Of a DNA stretch of 64,000 bases, positions 44,500 through 55,372 are shown one piece after another. Each line of letters begins with the position of its first letter. Position 1 is the stretch's first letter. The notes beneath the pieces are model-generated. The model made no database searches. It saw nothing but the letters and a program-made list of their open reading frames with translations, and was not told where the DNA came from. Source of the stretch: Gammaproteobacteria bacterium (lineage in GTDB: Bacteria; Pseudomonadota; Gammaproteobacteria; SZUA-152); assembly GCA_013152545.1 (NCBI GenBank), contig JAADGF010000099.1:9906-73905 (forward strand), read 5' to 3'. Made by a program: the position numbers and the translations under genes.

Positions 44500-44690
44500 G
44501 ATTTAAGTGCTCAGTGTACGTCATATTCCTTTCATGGTATCACCAAAAGTAGGCGCTTTTAGGCGAAAGTAGCTTCTTTAAGCAAAGCGAAATGACGAAT
44601 GAGCCACTCTCTATTGTGAGGAATTTTAACACCGCCATGGAATAAAGAGAGCGTACAATGAATGCCGAAACCTTAAATGCTATGGGTATA
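44489..44690. mobile_element. ERIC-like MITE, full copy with damaged left end
   Basis: ATACCCGCTGAGATTTAAG...CCGAAACCTTAAATGCTATGGGTATA; shares the AGTAGGCGCTTTTAGGC insert with the 42666 copy; supplies the TrmH stop. Confidence 0.8.
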
Positions 44691-44900
44691 GTGTCGTGTA
44701 TTGAATAGAACGAAGATTCAGTTTATTGCTACGCACTTGTTGCCAAGCCTCCTTGTCGAAGCACAGCAATGCCATGATATCGGATTTGGAAAGCACCTGC
44801 GGGAAAAACCATCTGTGTGTTGTGCGCTTTCTCGGTCTAGGCTCACTATACCTTCGAACACGCGTCTAACAGGGAAATGATAACGCTCCGTCCTATTCCA

Positions 44901-45356
44901 TTATTGACATTTTCCAGTACATTTAATAACGAGTTGAGCACAGCTGACGTTTTCGAAATCATCACTGATCGCAGGTACACTCGCATACCCACTATGCACC
45001 ATCCAAGCGTTATTACATTGTTTGTGGGAACTGACATAAGACGGTTGTGAAATCCAGGAAACATTGGTGCACGCAGGCTGCCCCACACCAAACCGAGCAG
45101 CGATCTCATATGTCCCGCACATTAACCATCCATGCTTCACCTCTGCCTCAAGCCCCATATCGCCATTTTGGCGCAACCATATACTGGCATTATCAAATTT
45201 AAATTCCAGCTTTTGAGGCAAACCACCTGAGCCCCAGTTTATAGTATTACTTGGAATGGCACTGTAGCGTTTCATAACAACCTTTTCATTAGCTGAATCC
45301 GCCAAAACAACGGTGGATACAAATATAATAAATAATAGCAATACGATATATTTCAC
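44901..45356 (-). CDS. Hypothetical secreted Cys-containing protein
   Basis: GTG start after a GGGAG RBS, signal peptide (VLA), six Cys; the longer ORF-track start runs through a MITE derivative. Confidence 0.65.
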   Translation of the reverse strand: MKYIVLLLFIIFVSTVVLADSANEKVVMKRYSAIPSNTINWGSGGLPQKLEFKFDNASIWLRQNGDMGLEAEVKHGWLMCGTYEIAARFGVGQPACTNVSWISQPSYVSSHKQCNNAWMVHSGYASVPAISDDFENVSCAQLVIKCTGKCQ

Positions 45357-45400
45357 TTTCAATTTTCTCCCTGCAATGCTTATTAACCCTTTGTAACATA

Positions 45401-45430
45401 TATACCCGTGGCGTTTAGGATTTAGGTATA
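45401..45430. mobile_element. 30-bp minimal derivative of the ERIC-like MITE
   Basis: TATACCCGTGGCGTTTAGGATTTAGGTATA. Confidence 0.7.
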
Positions 45431-45567
45431 TTTTCAACACTTTCGTTCAAAATAACGCACAGTCCCCTCATTAGCTTTTTACACATTACGTGTGACGATC
45501 AGAAACTAATATGTTACAGTTTTTGTGACGACATGCATTACATCACATGCTTTCATTAATTGTGTTA

Positions 45568-46080
45568 TCAATGTGTACCTTTTACTGAACAACGAAGATT
45601 CCTGAGCCTATATTCCAAATCACCCAGACTATTTTCTAAAACCATACGATCATTGCTGATTTCTATTATTTGATCTTCCACAATCAACCCAGGCGGGTAC
45701 CAATCATGGTTTGTACTATCCTGAACCACGATAATAAGAAACCTGTTCTGTACACGCCAGCGTGCTTTTACCAGGACGTTAGGGGTTACACATTTTGATG
45801 TCTGAAACCCAACATATTCCAAACGGCCATTGCCACGATAATTTGAAATCCCGGGCAATGCGTTTTTGTCACTGGCTTCAGCCACCCAGGTACCAATGAG
45901 CGATGCAGCGATTATCTTGTCATCAACGGGCAATTTCTCTGTAACACTAGTGCATGCCAGCAAACCAAATATGATAACGCTTGCTAATAACATTCGTACA
46001 GCAAACACCCTGTGATGATCCCAACAAGACCTACTGGTATAAGCTGTATTAATTAAACGATGAGTCATTGATGTTATCAA
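45568..46080 (-). CDS. Hypothetical lipoprotein (possible lipocalin-like beta fold)
   Basis: LLAC lipobox and LIGTW motif; true start probably internal. Confidence 0.6.
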   Translation of the reverse strand: MITSMTHRLINTAYTSRSCWDHHRVFAVRMLLASVIIFGLLACTSVTEKLPVDDKIIAASLIGTWVAEASDKNALPGISNYRGNGRLEYVGFQTSKCVTPNVLVKARWRVQNRFLIIVVQDSTNHDWYPPGLIVEDQIIEISNDRMVLENSLGDLEYRLRNLRCSVKGTH

Positions 46081-46113
46081 TATCGCAATAAATTTATTAT
46101 TTTTAGCACTACA

Positions 46114-47703
46114 CTATTTAAATAATGCTGGCGGCTTTCTGTGTAAGGTCGATTGCTCATACGAATATGCAAACTGAAATAAACGAGACTCCGAAAAGGG
46201 TTTACCAAGAATTTGCAAGCCCACTGGCAACCCCTCTTTGGTAAACCCCATCGGTACTGTTATCGCGGGTTGACCACTATGGGGTGCGATTATCGGGCTA
46301 TTATTACCGTGTGGCGAGTCCAGATCACCCACTTTTCGGGGTGGGTTATTCCAGGTAGGATAGACCACAGCATCAACCTGATGCTGCACCATCGCGGCAA
46401 CAACTGCATTAAGCAGCGCAACACGCCGCGGATCTCCCTCAACATCAACACAGGGGGGTTTTTGTCTCTCTGGCGCAACATTAACAGACATTGCCCATTT
46501 CATTCCTGACTCGCTGGACTCATGATAACGTTTTGACACCATGATGTCTTGCAATTTTATTGTCGATACATTGGTAGTCAATGACAAAAAATAGTTGTTT
46601 ATATCGTAGCGAAAGCGGCTGCAAAACCCCGTTGCTCTCGTAAGTTGTTGTAGATTTGGTACGATAAAAGGATCGACAATCTGCGCCCCTAGTTTTTTAA
46701 TATCAGCAATCGCTTGCTGCATTATTTCCACAACTTCCGGATCAGCAGTCGGCGTATTGATGAGGCTTCGCAACACTCCGATTCGCACCCCCTTTAAACC
46801 ATTGGATTTCAAATATTCGGTATAGTCGTAGGGAAGTCGGCCTTTGCTTGCAATCGTCACTGGGTCCGCTGGATCATAACCGGAGATAACATTAAAAATA
46901 CGAGCAGCATCCTCAACAGTTCTTGTCATTGGCCCAGCTATGTCGCGGTTCAGCAGTAACGGGATAATACCATCACGACTGGTAACACCGATTGTTGATC
47001 GTATTCCAACAAGGGCGGTATGGGATGCTGGTCCTCTGATTGAGTTTCCTGTATCAGTACCCATACCCACCAGCCCCAGATTCGCAGCGACCGCAGCGGC
47101 AGTACCACCACTAGAACCTGCCGGTACTCGCGTCAAGTCATAAGGATTTAACGTTTCACCTGAGGTAGAGCTAACAGTAAAATATGGACTGAATGCCCAT
47201 TCGGCCATATTCGATTTTGCCAGAATGATGGCGCCCGCTTGCCGAAGCTTTTTAACCATATAAGCGTCATCAGGCGGTAATGATTCTTTAAGCACAATAG
47301 AGCCACCAGTGGTAGGCATATCAGCAGTATCATAATTATCTTTCAGTATTACCGGCACACAGTGTAACGCCCTTAATTGTTGCGTAGACCGAAACTCTTC
47401 GTCCAGGACTGTTGCGCGTTGCTGCGCATTGGGATTAATCAACACAATCGCATTTAGCTTTGTCGTTTGGTCATATTGGTGTATCCGGCCAATATAAGCC
47501 TCAACCAATTGTTGACAATTTAAGTCTCCTGCCTGGAAAGCCTGATGCACACGGCCAATGGTCGTTTCCGTTATTTGAAATGGGAGTGTTTTTAGTGTTT
47601 GAGAACCGTGTTGCACACAGCCCACAATAAACGCTAATAGCAGTCCCATCCCTACCCTTACCACAAGCAGCCACTGCTTATCCCACCTAATCAACTTTCT
47701 CAC
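46114..47703 (-). CDS. Amidase signature family enzyme, probable lipoprotein
   Basis: VILKDNYDT, AKSNMAE, PAGSSGGTAAAVAA and GTDTGNSIRGPAS; IVGC lipobox. Confidence 0.93.
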   Translation of the reverse strand: MRKLIRWDKQWLLVVRVGMGLLLAFIVGCVQHGSQTLKTLPFQITETTIGRVHQAFQAGDLNCQQLVEAYIGRIHQYDQTTKLNAIVLINPNAQQRATVLDEEFRSTQQLRALHCVPVILKDNYDTADMPTTGGSIVLKESLPPDDAYMVKKLRQAGAIILAKSNMAEWAFSPYFTVSSTSGETLNPYDLTRVPAGSSGGTAAAVAANLGLVGMGTDTGNSIRGPASHTALVGIRSTIGVTSRDGIIPLLLNRDIAGPMTRTVEDAARIFNVISGYDPADPVTIASKGRLPYDYTEYLKSNGLKGVRIGVLRSLINTPTADPEVVEIMQQAIADIKKLGAQIVDPFIVPNLQQLTRATGFCSRFRYDINNYFLSLTTNVSTIKLQDIMVSKRYHESSESGMKWAMSVNVAPERQKPPCVDVEGDPRRVALLNAVVAAMVQHQVDAVVYPTWNNPPRKVGDLDSPHGNNSPIIAPHSGQPAITVPMGFTKEGLPVGLQILGKPFSESRLFQFAYSYEQSTLHRKPPALFK

Positions 47704-47815
47704 CTCCGAATATAAATATTATATATTTATTTATTGATGCTTGGTTGTCATGCCCGTTGCGCCTAAAACCAGCGCTATCGTTCAGCAGCAATGAAATTCA
47801 AACGCCATCAACCTG

Positions 47816-48649
47816 CTAGCTTGTTTTTGTTTCCATCTTTTTTACCTTTTGGTACAAACGCTCTAATTCTTGGGAGGACAGATTCTCTATGCACGCACTT
47901 TGTTCATCGATAAGCATCTCTACTGCCTGAAAACGCCGGGTAAATTTGTTGTTTGCTTTTCGAATTGCAGTTTCAGGATCAACATTGGCATGCCTCGCCA
48001 AATTGGTAACGGCGAAAAACAAGTCTCCAATTTCATCTTCAATGCGTTCCATATTCTGGTTTTCGTTCACTTCCTGTCTAACTTCGTCTAATTCCTCAAG
48101 CACCTTATCGAACACAGGTTCAATCGATGGCCAGTCGAAACCTACACTTGCAGCTCGTTTTTGTAGTTTCACCGCTCTGATCAATGCGGGCAATGCCACC
48201 GCCACACCATCTAATGCACTATGGTTTATGTTAGCTTGGCTTATATCAGATGCTAAATTGATTTGATTGTGTTTTTGTAAACGTTCAATTGCTTTGAGTT
48301 TTTCCCAGGCTTGCGTCTGTGTTTCTGTATTATCTATTTTATTATCGCCAAACACATGCGGATGACGACGCTCCAGTTTGTCAGCGATACCGATTACCAC
48401 ATCGTCGAACTGAAAAAACCCTTGTTCAGCTGCTAATTGAGCATGAAACACAACTTGGAACAGCAGATCACCTAACTCACTTTGCAAGTCCGGCATATCA
48501 TCACGAAGAATAGCGTCTAAAACTTCGTAGGCTTCTTCAACAGTATATGGCGCTATAGTTGCAAAGGATTGTTGCAAATCCCAAGGGCAACCCGTCGAGG
48601 GATCACGTAAGTGTTTCATAATTCGAAGTAATTTCTCGATACTGCTCAA
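47816..48649 (-). CDS. mazG: Nucleoside triphosphate pyrophosphohydrolase MazG
   Basis: GCPWD, EEAYEV, ELGDLLFQ, RRHPHVF, GFDW and EIGDLFF. Confidence 0.96.
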   Translation of the reverse strand: MSSIEKLLRIMKHLRDPSTGCPWDLQQSFATIAPYTVEEAYEVLDAILRDDMPDLQSELGDLLFQVVFHAQLAAEQGFFQFDDVVIGIADKLERRHPHVFGDNKIDNTETQTQAWEKLKAIERLQKHNQINLASDISQANINHSALDGVAVALPALIRAVKLQKRAASVGFDWPSIEPVFDKVLEELDEVRQEVNENQNMERIEDEIGDLFFAVTNLARHANVDPETAIRKANNKFTRRFQAVEMLIDEQSACIENLSSQELERLYQKVKKMETKTS

Positions 48650-48817
48650 ATAACACCCCCTAAGTATTTGAAGTTAAAACGATAACGTGGGAATATTGCG
48701 ATATTATATTCTCTTATTTATTTAGCGGCTAACAAACAGCTTAAGTATTGTGAGTAAATTCACGGTGTTATTTTTCTAGGTAATGGAGTATATTGCAATG
48801 AGTATCGGAGAAGTAAT

Positions 48818-49381
48818 ATGTTTATAAATTTTCATCTAGCCAGATCCCTGGTAACGATAGCAGCACTTTTTTTTATTGTTTCAGTTAGTTATGCCGAAAA
48901 TTTAGACTCGCTCTCAGAGGGTCAGTCGTTTTTCAATCAAGGTAATTACACGAAAGCATTACAGATATGGCAGAACTTAGCCGAAGAAGGCCAGCCCGAA
49001 GCTCAAGTATTTGTTGGCCTTTCGTACGCAAATGGCTGGGGTGTAAAGAAAAACATCGATGAAGCCTCTAACTGGTATATGCGAGCAGCGGAAAACAACA
49101 GTCCCTCTGGGCAGTTTTTACTCGGTTTACACTATGTCACCACTGGCATAAATCAATATGATGTTAGAGTTGGCATTAAGTGGCTAAAACGTGCCGCTGA
49201 TAATGGCGATAAAGGAGCCATTAAATTTTTGCAAAAAGCCAAAAAACGCCGTTGGTTTAGTGAACTGAAAAACGACCAGAAAATTGACCAATACCAATTG
49301 GAACGCGAAGGTAAAAGCGTTTTGGAAGCTATTTCCATTACCAGTAATTCAGTGCCAAAACTTCCCGCGCCAAGCCTATAG
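48818..49381 (+). CDS. Secreted Sel1-repeat protein
   Basis: Signal peptide and two SLR repeats. Confidence 0.85.
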   Translation: MFINFHLARSLVTIAALFFIVSVSYAENLDSLSEGQSFFNQGNYTKALQIWQNLAEEGQPEAQVFVGLSYANGWGVKKNIDEASNWYMRAAENNSPSGQFLLGLHYVTTGINQYDVRVGIKWLKRAADNGDKGAIKFLQKAKKRRWFSELKNDQKIDQYQLEREGKSVLEAISITSNSVPKLPAPSL

Positions 49382-49400
49382 CGTCAAGTCAAAAAAACAC

Positions 49401-50618
49401 TTAACGGTCGGGGGCGTAGCCAGCCAACTCAACGTGGCCATAGCCCGTAATAATGCTTCCCGTTGACTTTTGCTTACCAGATACCTTTACAGCCCCTCTC
49501 CAGGCTTGTGAGGATAGATTTAATTCCTGATCGGCAATCATCGACGTAACCTGCAACACCAGTGATTCTGAAGGAATGCTAATCTTCCAGGCAGACGGAT
49601 ACGCAATATTGGAATGCGGGCTGTTCCAGTGGCGAATAACCCTTATTTCCACCTGATCGGGTGATAATGTCTGTGATTCACCATTCGCAGCAACAATGCT
49701 GCCAATACTGTACTCACCGATACTGTTATCGCCCTGCCGTGATGCATAAAACATAATTTCCCGTTTATCGGATAATTGCAATCGAAACCAATCCCGACTG
49801 GGCTGCCCTTCGTCCAATTGAGTAGTGGACCATTCACGATCAAACCAACTATCGCCAGCCACTGAATATGTTTTCGTGCCTACACCCACTATCCCAACCG
49901 TAGAGATACGTGTAATAGAATAATAATAAGCCGCATTCCCCGGCATTTTACCTTTTTGCCATAGACCAGCGTTCCCCTGTAATACTACGGGTTTTTCATT
50001 CTGTAACACTAAATCGATACTAAATGTCTTGTCCTTAGCAAACAATCGTAGTGGAAATATTTCATCACCCACGGATTCGACCCCCCAATCGGCCAACCAA
50101 ACCCTCAAGTTAATGGAATCATTATCCTGCTGCTCCTTAAAATAAACACCGGCTCCCGCCAACCCCATCGCATCACGACTAATCCGTTCACTGTAATAAA
50201 ACGTCTCGTTTGCAATATCCGTTAATGTAAAATGAGCAATATATGAATGATCACTACGCCAGTCTGACGTGTTTTCAGCTATCTGAAAACTGGCCGCCGA
50301 TGCAGCTTTACCCTCTGTTTGCGCGCTTAATGCAACACGGAAAATCGTTAACTCGTAACCAAAACGTTGGCCTGTCGTGGTATCCACATTACCGCTGAAA
50401 TGCCACCATTCATGCCGGAACCCAGGGTGGGCAGCATAATCCTCTGGAAAAGAAAACTTATGCGGACGATAAGCCTGCTGGAAATTCCAGATTGCTCCTG
50501 CACCGAACACCTGAGTAAAAAAAGGAACTTTCTGATTCTTATTTTGCTTAAATGGATCACAGCCCGCTAAAATAATCACTAGCACCAACCCCCCTGCCAA
50601 TCCATTAACACACTTCAT
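49401..50618 (-). CDS. AttH/CrtC-like lipocalin-domain lipoprotein
   Basis: LAGC lipobox; FPEDYAAHPGFRHEWWH, FGYELTIFR, YYYS, WFDREWS, YPSAW and DQEL. Confidence 0.85.
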   Translation of the reverse strand: MKCVNGLAGGLVLVIILAGCDPFKQNKNQKVPFFTQVFGAGAIWNFQQAYRPHKFSFPEDYAAHPGFRHEWWHFSGNVDTTTGQRFGYELTIFRVALSAQTEGKAASAASFQIAENTSDWRSDHSYIAHFTLTDIANETFYYSERISRDAMGLAGAGVYFKEQQDNDSINLRVWLADWGVESVGDEIFPLRLFAKDKTFSIDLVLQNEKPVVLQGNAGLWQKGKMPGNAAYYYSITRISTVGIVGVGTKTYSVAGDSWFDREWSTTQLDEGQPSRDWFRLQLSDKREIMFYASRQGDNSIGEYSIGSIVAANGESQTLSPDQVEIRVIRHWNSPHSNIAYPSAWKISIPSESLVLQVTSMIADQELNLSSQAWRGAVKVSGKQKSTGSIITGYGHVELAGYAPDR

Positions 50619-50620
50619 CT

Positions 50621-53212
50621 TTATTCCTCACGCAATGCAGCAGATGGATTGCTTCGGGACATCTTAATTGCGGGTATAACACCCGCAATTAAGGCTGCTG
50701 TAATTGCCAGCAATAAAGACTGAAAAAGCAACATGGGGTCCAATATAATATCCATGGACCAACCAAATGAACGACGATTGATAACGAAAATAAGCACTAA
50801 AGCCAATATAATGCCAAGTGGCATTGCCAACAATCCGGCGATCATCCCGATCAACCCTGTCTCCCCACTAATGACCAGCCAAACTTCCTGTGGCGTTAAA
50901 CCAAGCGCTCGATACAGTGCAATTTCAGCCTTACGTTCAAACTGTAGCGCCATCAACGCACTCACAATTCCAACAAAAGCGACAAATATTGCCAATAGAC
51001 GCAAAACCTCGGTAACAACAAATGCTCGGTCAAACACACTAATCGAAGCATCCCGAATTGAACTTTGTGAATGAATTAATAAACTCTGCTCATCATCTGC
51101 TACCTTGCTTATTGCTTTATAGTCAGCCACAACCGCTTTTAACACATCGACAAATAGTTCATTATTAGTACCGGCAACGGTATGAATTCCTAACGATGTA
51201 ATACTATTATCATCCCAATAACGCTTGTAGGCATCTCGATTTATAGTAACAACACCCTGTTCCGAACCATAATCCACATAAATACCGACAATTTTAAAAC
51301 TCTTCAGCCCTTTATCCGTTGGCAATACCAACATATTCCCAACTTTTAAACCATGCCTGTAAGCATAAGGCTCCGACAACAACAAGCCATCCTCTTCAAA
51401 AAATGCCCGTTTTGCATTAGCATAATCACCATCACCTCGCAAATCAAATTTGGAGAAAAATATTTCTGGAATATCAACGACGTTTAATTCTGTCATACCC
51501 TTTGGGGCTTGCAGCTGTAAGTTATGCACAATACTGATGGCTTTTACTTCCGGTAACTGTTTAAAACGTACAACCCATTTCGGTGCCAGCTTCGCCGGAA
51601 ACTGACTTGACCCAACACCCGGTGCGGTAATAAAAATATCCGCCCTTAAAGTGTTATCAAGCCAACCCGCCACCGAACCACGAAAGCTGTCAATCATGAT
51701 AGCAACACCAATCGTTGTTGCTATCGCAACTGCCAAAGATGCAATGGCAATGCTTGTTCTACTTAAGGAAGCGGTCACGCCACGCGCAGCAATATTACCT
51801 AGTGTACCTAATATTTTATGGTGAATCGGTACAAAAGCATTAACCAATACTAAGGTCAGTTTTGGGACAAACAATGTAAACCCCAACATAATTGCAAATA
51901 CACCGACAAAGCTTATGACCAACAACTCCGTAGGAATGAAAAGTGTTAATACTCCCACAAAAATAAAAAATACACCCAACCAGCCAAACCAACGAAAGGA
52001 TTTACGGTATTTTTCCTCAATGGTGGAACGTGTAAGCGAGGTTCGCGGTGTTGATTTAGTTGCCTCATATGCCGGTAATAATACCGCACCCGCTGTGGCC
52101 AACACACCGAGCAAAAACCCTTTACCGATCGATGTATATGTAATTGTCAACACTTGTACATTTAACACAAAATACAAGTCGTTAATTGTCCGCGTAACCA
52201 AACCTAACAGGCCATCGGCCAGCAAAATACCAAAATAAATACCTAGCCAAGTGGCGCCAATACCGATCAGCAATGATTCATTGAAAATAGACCAAAATAT
52301 TTCACCCCGTGTTACACCGATCGCTCGTAACGTACCAATCACCTGTCGCCGTAGCACCACTGAGAACGTCATCGTGTTGTAGATTAAAAACATCCCAACG
52401 ATCAAAGCTAAAAAACTTAATGCCGTTAAATTAGCCTCGAATGCCTTGGTCATTTGCGACAATGCATGACTTCGGTTTTTTGCTGAGACAATATCCAAAT
52501 TATCAGGTAAAAACGCTTTGATTTCTTCCAAACGCCGCATTCCTGCCGGTGAATCATCAATAATCAAATCCACATGCGTCAGAAAATCATGCATTTCCAA
52601 TACTTCTTGCGCAGTGGCAATATCAACAAATATCATCGAACCAACTGCCTGCTGAGTATTTATATCGCTATCGTTTATTAATGCAATAATGTGAAACGTT
52701 CGTTGTTTCGCTCCAACGATAAAGAGTAATTCTTCACCTAACCTTAGATTCAAGCGATCTGCGGTGGATTTCGCAATAACCGCGGCGTTGGGTTCGTTTA
52801 ACAGTTGAGTGATATCCATCGAATTGATGGTATTAAACAAGTGATCCCGAAATTGCTTTTCCGCAAAAATATCTGACCCTATTAATTGAAAAACGGAATC
52901 CTGTTGGTTAATCACTTTACTGCTTATTAACGTTGCATACCCTTCTACAACGGGTGCAATTTCATAGATACCTAAGTCTTTTCGTAGTTTTATATAGAGA
53001 TCTTCGGGAACACCATTCGGACCGCCAATTATTTGGTGAGTTGCCTTACCGGTAATGGCATTTATTGAGACTTCAATCGCTTTGTGTACACTGGTATTAC
53101 ATAGGTCAATAGCAACAACCATTGCAACACCGAGAGTAATACCGACAAATGAGAGAAATATTTGCCAGGGATGATGTAAATAATGCCTCCATGTGATTTT
53201 CCATAATATCAC
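50621..53212 (-). CDS. FtsX/MacB-type ABC permease (AttF/G-like, duplicated)
   Basis: LGVAMVVAI, FLIYNTM..SV..RR..IGTLRAIG and INRRSFGW. Confidence 0.9.
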   Translation of the reverse strand: MILWKITWRHYLHHPWQIFLSFVGITLGVAMVVAIDLCNTSVHKAIEVSINAITGKATHQIIGGPNGVPEDLYIKLRKDLGIYEIAPVVEGYATLISSKVINQQDSVFQLIGSDIFAEKQFRDHLFNTINSMDITQLLNEPNAAVIAKSTADRLNLRLGEELLFIVGAKQRTFHIIALINDSDINTQQAVGSMIFVDIATAQEVLEMHDFLTHVDLIIDDSPAGMRRLEEIKAFLPDNLDIVSAKNRSHALSQMTKAFEANLTALSFLALIVGMFLIYNTMTFSVVLRRQVIGTLRAIGVTRGEIFWSIFNESLLIGIGATWLGIYFGILLADGLLGLVTRTINDLYFVLNVQVLTITYTSIGKGFLLGVLATAGAVLLPAYEATKSTPRTSLTRSTIEEKYRKSFRWFGWLGVFFIFVGVLTLFIPTELLVISFVGVFAIMLGFTLFVPKLTLVLVNAFVPIHHKILGTLGNIAARGVTASLSRTSIAIASLAVAIATTIGVAIMIDSFRGSVAGWLDNTLRADIFITAPGVGSSQFPAKLAPKWVVRFKQLPEVKAISIVHNLQLQAPKGMTELNVVDIPEIFFSKFDLRGDGDYANAKRAFFEEDGLLLSEPYAYRHGLKVGNMLVLPTDKGLKSFKIVGIYVDYGSEQGVVTINRDAYKRYWDDNSITSLGIHTVAGTNNELFVDVLKAVVADYKAISKVADDEQSLLIHSQSSIRDASISVFDRAFVVTEVLRLLAIFVAFVGIVSALMALQFERKAEIALYRALGLTPQEVWLVISGETGLIGMIAGLLAMPLGIILALVLIFVINRRSFGWSMDIILDPMLLFQSLLLAITAALIAGVIPAIKMSRSNPSAALREE

Positions 53213-53913
53213 CCTGCTCTACCCCGGGCTTGCTGTTCAATCAGCTGACCTTTACGAAACACAAATATACGATCTGCCAATTGGGCCACTTCCTGGCTGT
53301 GAGTAACTAACACCAAGGTCTTACCTTCCTTTCTCACCAGGGTGGTCATTAAATTTAGTACTTGTTTACTGGTATCGGAATCCAGATTGCCAGTGGGTTC
53401 GTCGGCCAACAACAACAATGGCTTGTGTATTAAAGCCCGCAATATTGCTACACGCTGCTGCTCACCACCTGAAAGTTTATCGGGAAAGCTAGTGATTCGG
53501 TCAGATAAACGCACCGCACTTAGCAATTTAGAGACGTGCTCGTGATGGTTTTTTTTAAGTTTACCGGTGAGTTCCAAAGGTAACAGCACATTTTCTAGCA
53601 CTGTCAGCGTGGGAATTAAATTGAACAGTTGAAAAATAAAACCAATATGTTGGCGACGAAATAGCGTACGCTCCTGCTCAGAGAGATTCGTCAGATCAGT
53701 ACTGTTAATCACGACTTGACCGGAATCAGGCTGATCAATTCCACTCAAGATATTTAATAATGTTGATTTTCCAGACCCGCTCCGACCAAATAAAACCACA
53801 AATTCGCCTGCATGAATCTCTAAATTCACATCTTTAAACACCAACCTCTCTTGGTCACCTTCCGTGTAATATTTGCTAATGTTTTTTAGTATTATATGAG
53901 CGGAAGTCGCCAT
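53209..53913 (-). CDS. ABC transporter ATP-binding protein (LolD/AttE-like)
   Basis: [28 protein letters not shown] and VTH. Confidence 0.95.
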   Translation of the reverse strand: MATSAHIILKNISKYYTEGDQERLVFKDVNLEIHAGEFVVLFGRSGSGKSTLLNILSGIDQPDSGQVVINSTDLTNLSEQERTLFRRQHIGFIFQLFNLIPTLTVLENVLLPLELTGKLKKNHHEHVSKLLSAVRLSDRITSFPDKLSGGEQQRVAILRALIHKPLLLLADEPTGNLDSDTSKQVLNLMTTLVRKEGKTLVLVTHSQEVAQLADRIFVFRKGQLIEQQARGRAG

Positions 53914-54630
53914 TGATTTACACCATTATTATTAATAGGATCGAAATTAGTGCAAAAAAATCATCTATTGCTTAGCGATACCATTGACCCCAAATTAATC
54001 ACCTGAACCGTCGCGAGAGCGCCAACAGTCGGCACAGAAGCACTGCCCACATGCTCCAAACCGGTTAAATTCCGTGCCATGGCGTGCGCAGTGGGTTCAA
54101 CACTTGTATTAGGTTGATTATCGTACGCTTACAACAATTCTTGACAGTAATAATGTTACCGGCGTGTTCAGTGGACAAAAAACATCACCCACAAAAACAC
54201 TTATGCGTTAACCCTAAAACCATCAGCTAGCCGGTATGTAAAGTGCATTTTTCACGATAAAAACGTGCTCCACCGGCCGTAACATACTGACTCACTGATA
54301 TTACGCACTCGTAATAATGAATCAATGACTTGCAGCTTTTACGTGACGCCACAACCCGCATTCTGGCTGAGACCTGCGCAACATCAGTTACTCATTGAGT
54401 AAGACGGGTAAAAACACCCTAATTACAATTGTTTCAGACGTTTAGTGAAACTTATTTTAAGCGTTCAACTGATGAATTGAGGTTGAAAAAACGCAAAAAC
54501 GGATCCACGCAAACAAACCGCATACGTTTGTCACGGCCTGAAACGCTAACAGTAATATGTGCTGGGTTTAATTTACTTCTTGCATTGGCGTTGCAGCATC
54601 CCTGACTTGCAGCTTATCGTTACCTTGACG

Positions 54631-54978
54631 TTAATCCATTTTTTCGAGATTAAATACTGATGCAACTACTTTACCAGCAACGTCAACGATCGCGTTATCG
54701 GAACGATGCAAGCTTAAGCCACTTTTGTTGAGACTCAATGTTGCTTGAGAGACTTTCAACCGTTCAGAATATTCGAACGATGCAACATATTGCATAGCAC
54801 GCAAGTCTCCATCCCTTGCCGCTATTTTCATTAATGCCTGACCACGTATCAGATTTCCATTATTCAAGGCTATCCTTGCCTCGCTATACGTGCAAGCAGC
54901 AGATACATCAAAGACTGAGATCAACAACAACACAGCCGATATAAAAACAGTCCAGTTTAATGTGATTGACTTAGTCAT
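54631..54978 (-). CDS. Small hypothetical secreted protein
   Basis: Signal peptide (VSA) and a weak Sel1-like AARDGD.RA segment. Confidence 0.55.
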   Translation of the reverse strand: MTKSITLNWTVFISAVLLLISVFDVSAACTYSEARIALNNGNLIRGQALMKIAARDGDLRAMQYVASFEYSERLKVSQATLSLNKSGLSLHRSDNAIVDVAGKVVASVFNLEKMD

Positions 54979-55372
54979 AGTGGTTACAATGCCAGAGTGA
55001 TTACAATTATAATTACAACAGTTTACAGTATACGGCGGCGATCATGCTTACAATTATCAATTGCGGCAACCCATAATACTTGCCCGCGCTATTCGTTATA
55101 AAAGCACAAATAAAATTCTAGCAAGATAACGTACAAAAGTGTTACCACATTTGTGAACATACGATCTAGTGTATATTCTAATAGCGACAAATACAGGATT
55201 AAATACATTGACTCCGTCTTGTGCCTGTAGCACTAGTTATGTCACTAGTCAGCTTTTATGTCAATGACCTAACAAAATACCAGCTAATATACTACATTGA
55301 CTTAATTGTTTATCAGTTTGATTTTTATCAAATTTTTTTAAAAATATTAATACATTTCAGGTCAACTTACTT

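Noticed and set aside
44689..44848. TAGTG...CACTA-bounded segment as an IS630-type MITE
   Set aside because: Only 5 bp of clear terminal match and no second full copy in the window.
47816..48649. mazG as an anti-phage or toxin-antitoxin component
   Set aside because: Ordinary two-domain housekeeping MazG with no mazEF or defence neighbours.
54340..54390. GAGACCTGC as part of a cobalamin riboswitch
   Set aside because: The other conserved elements are absent and no B12-related gene lies downstream on that strand.
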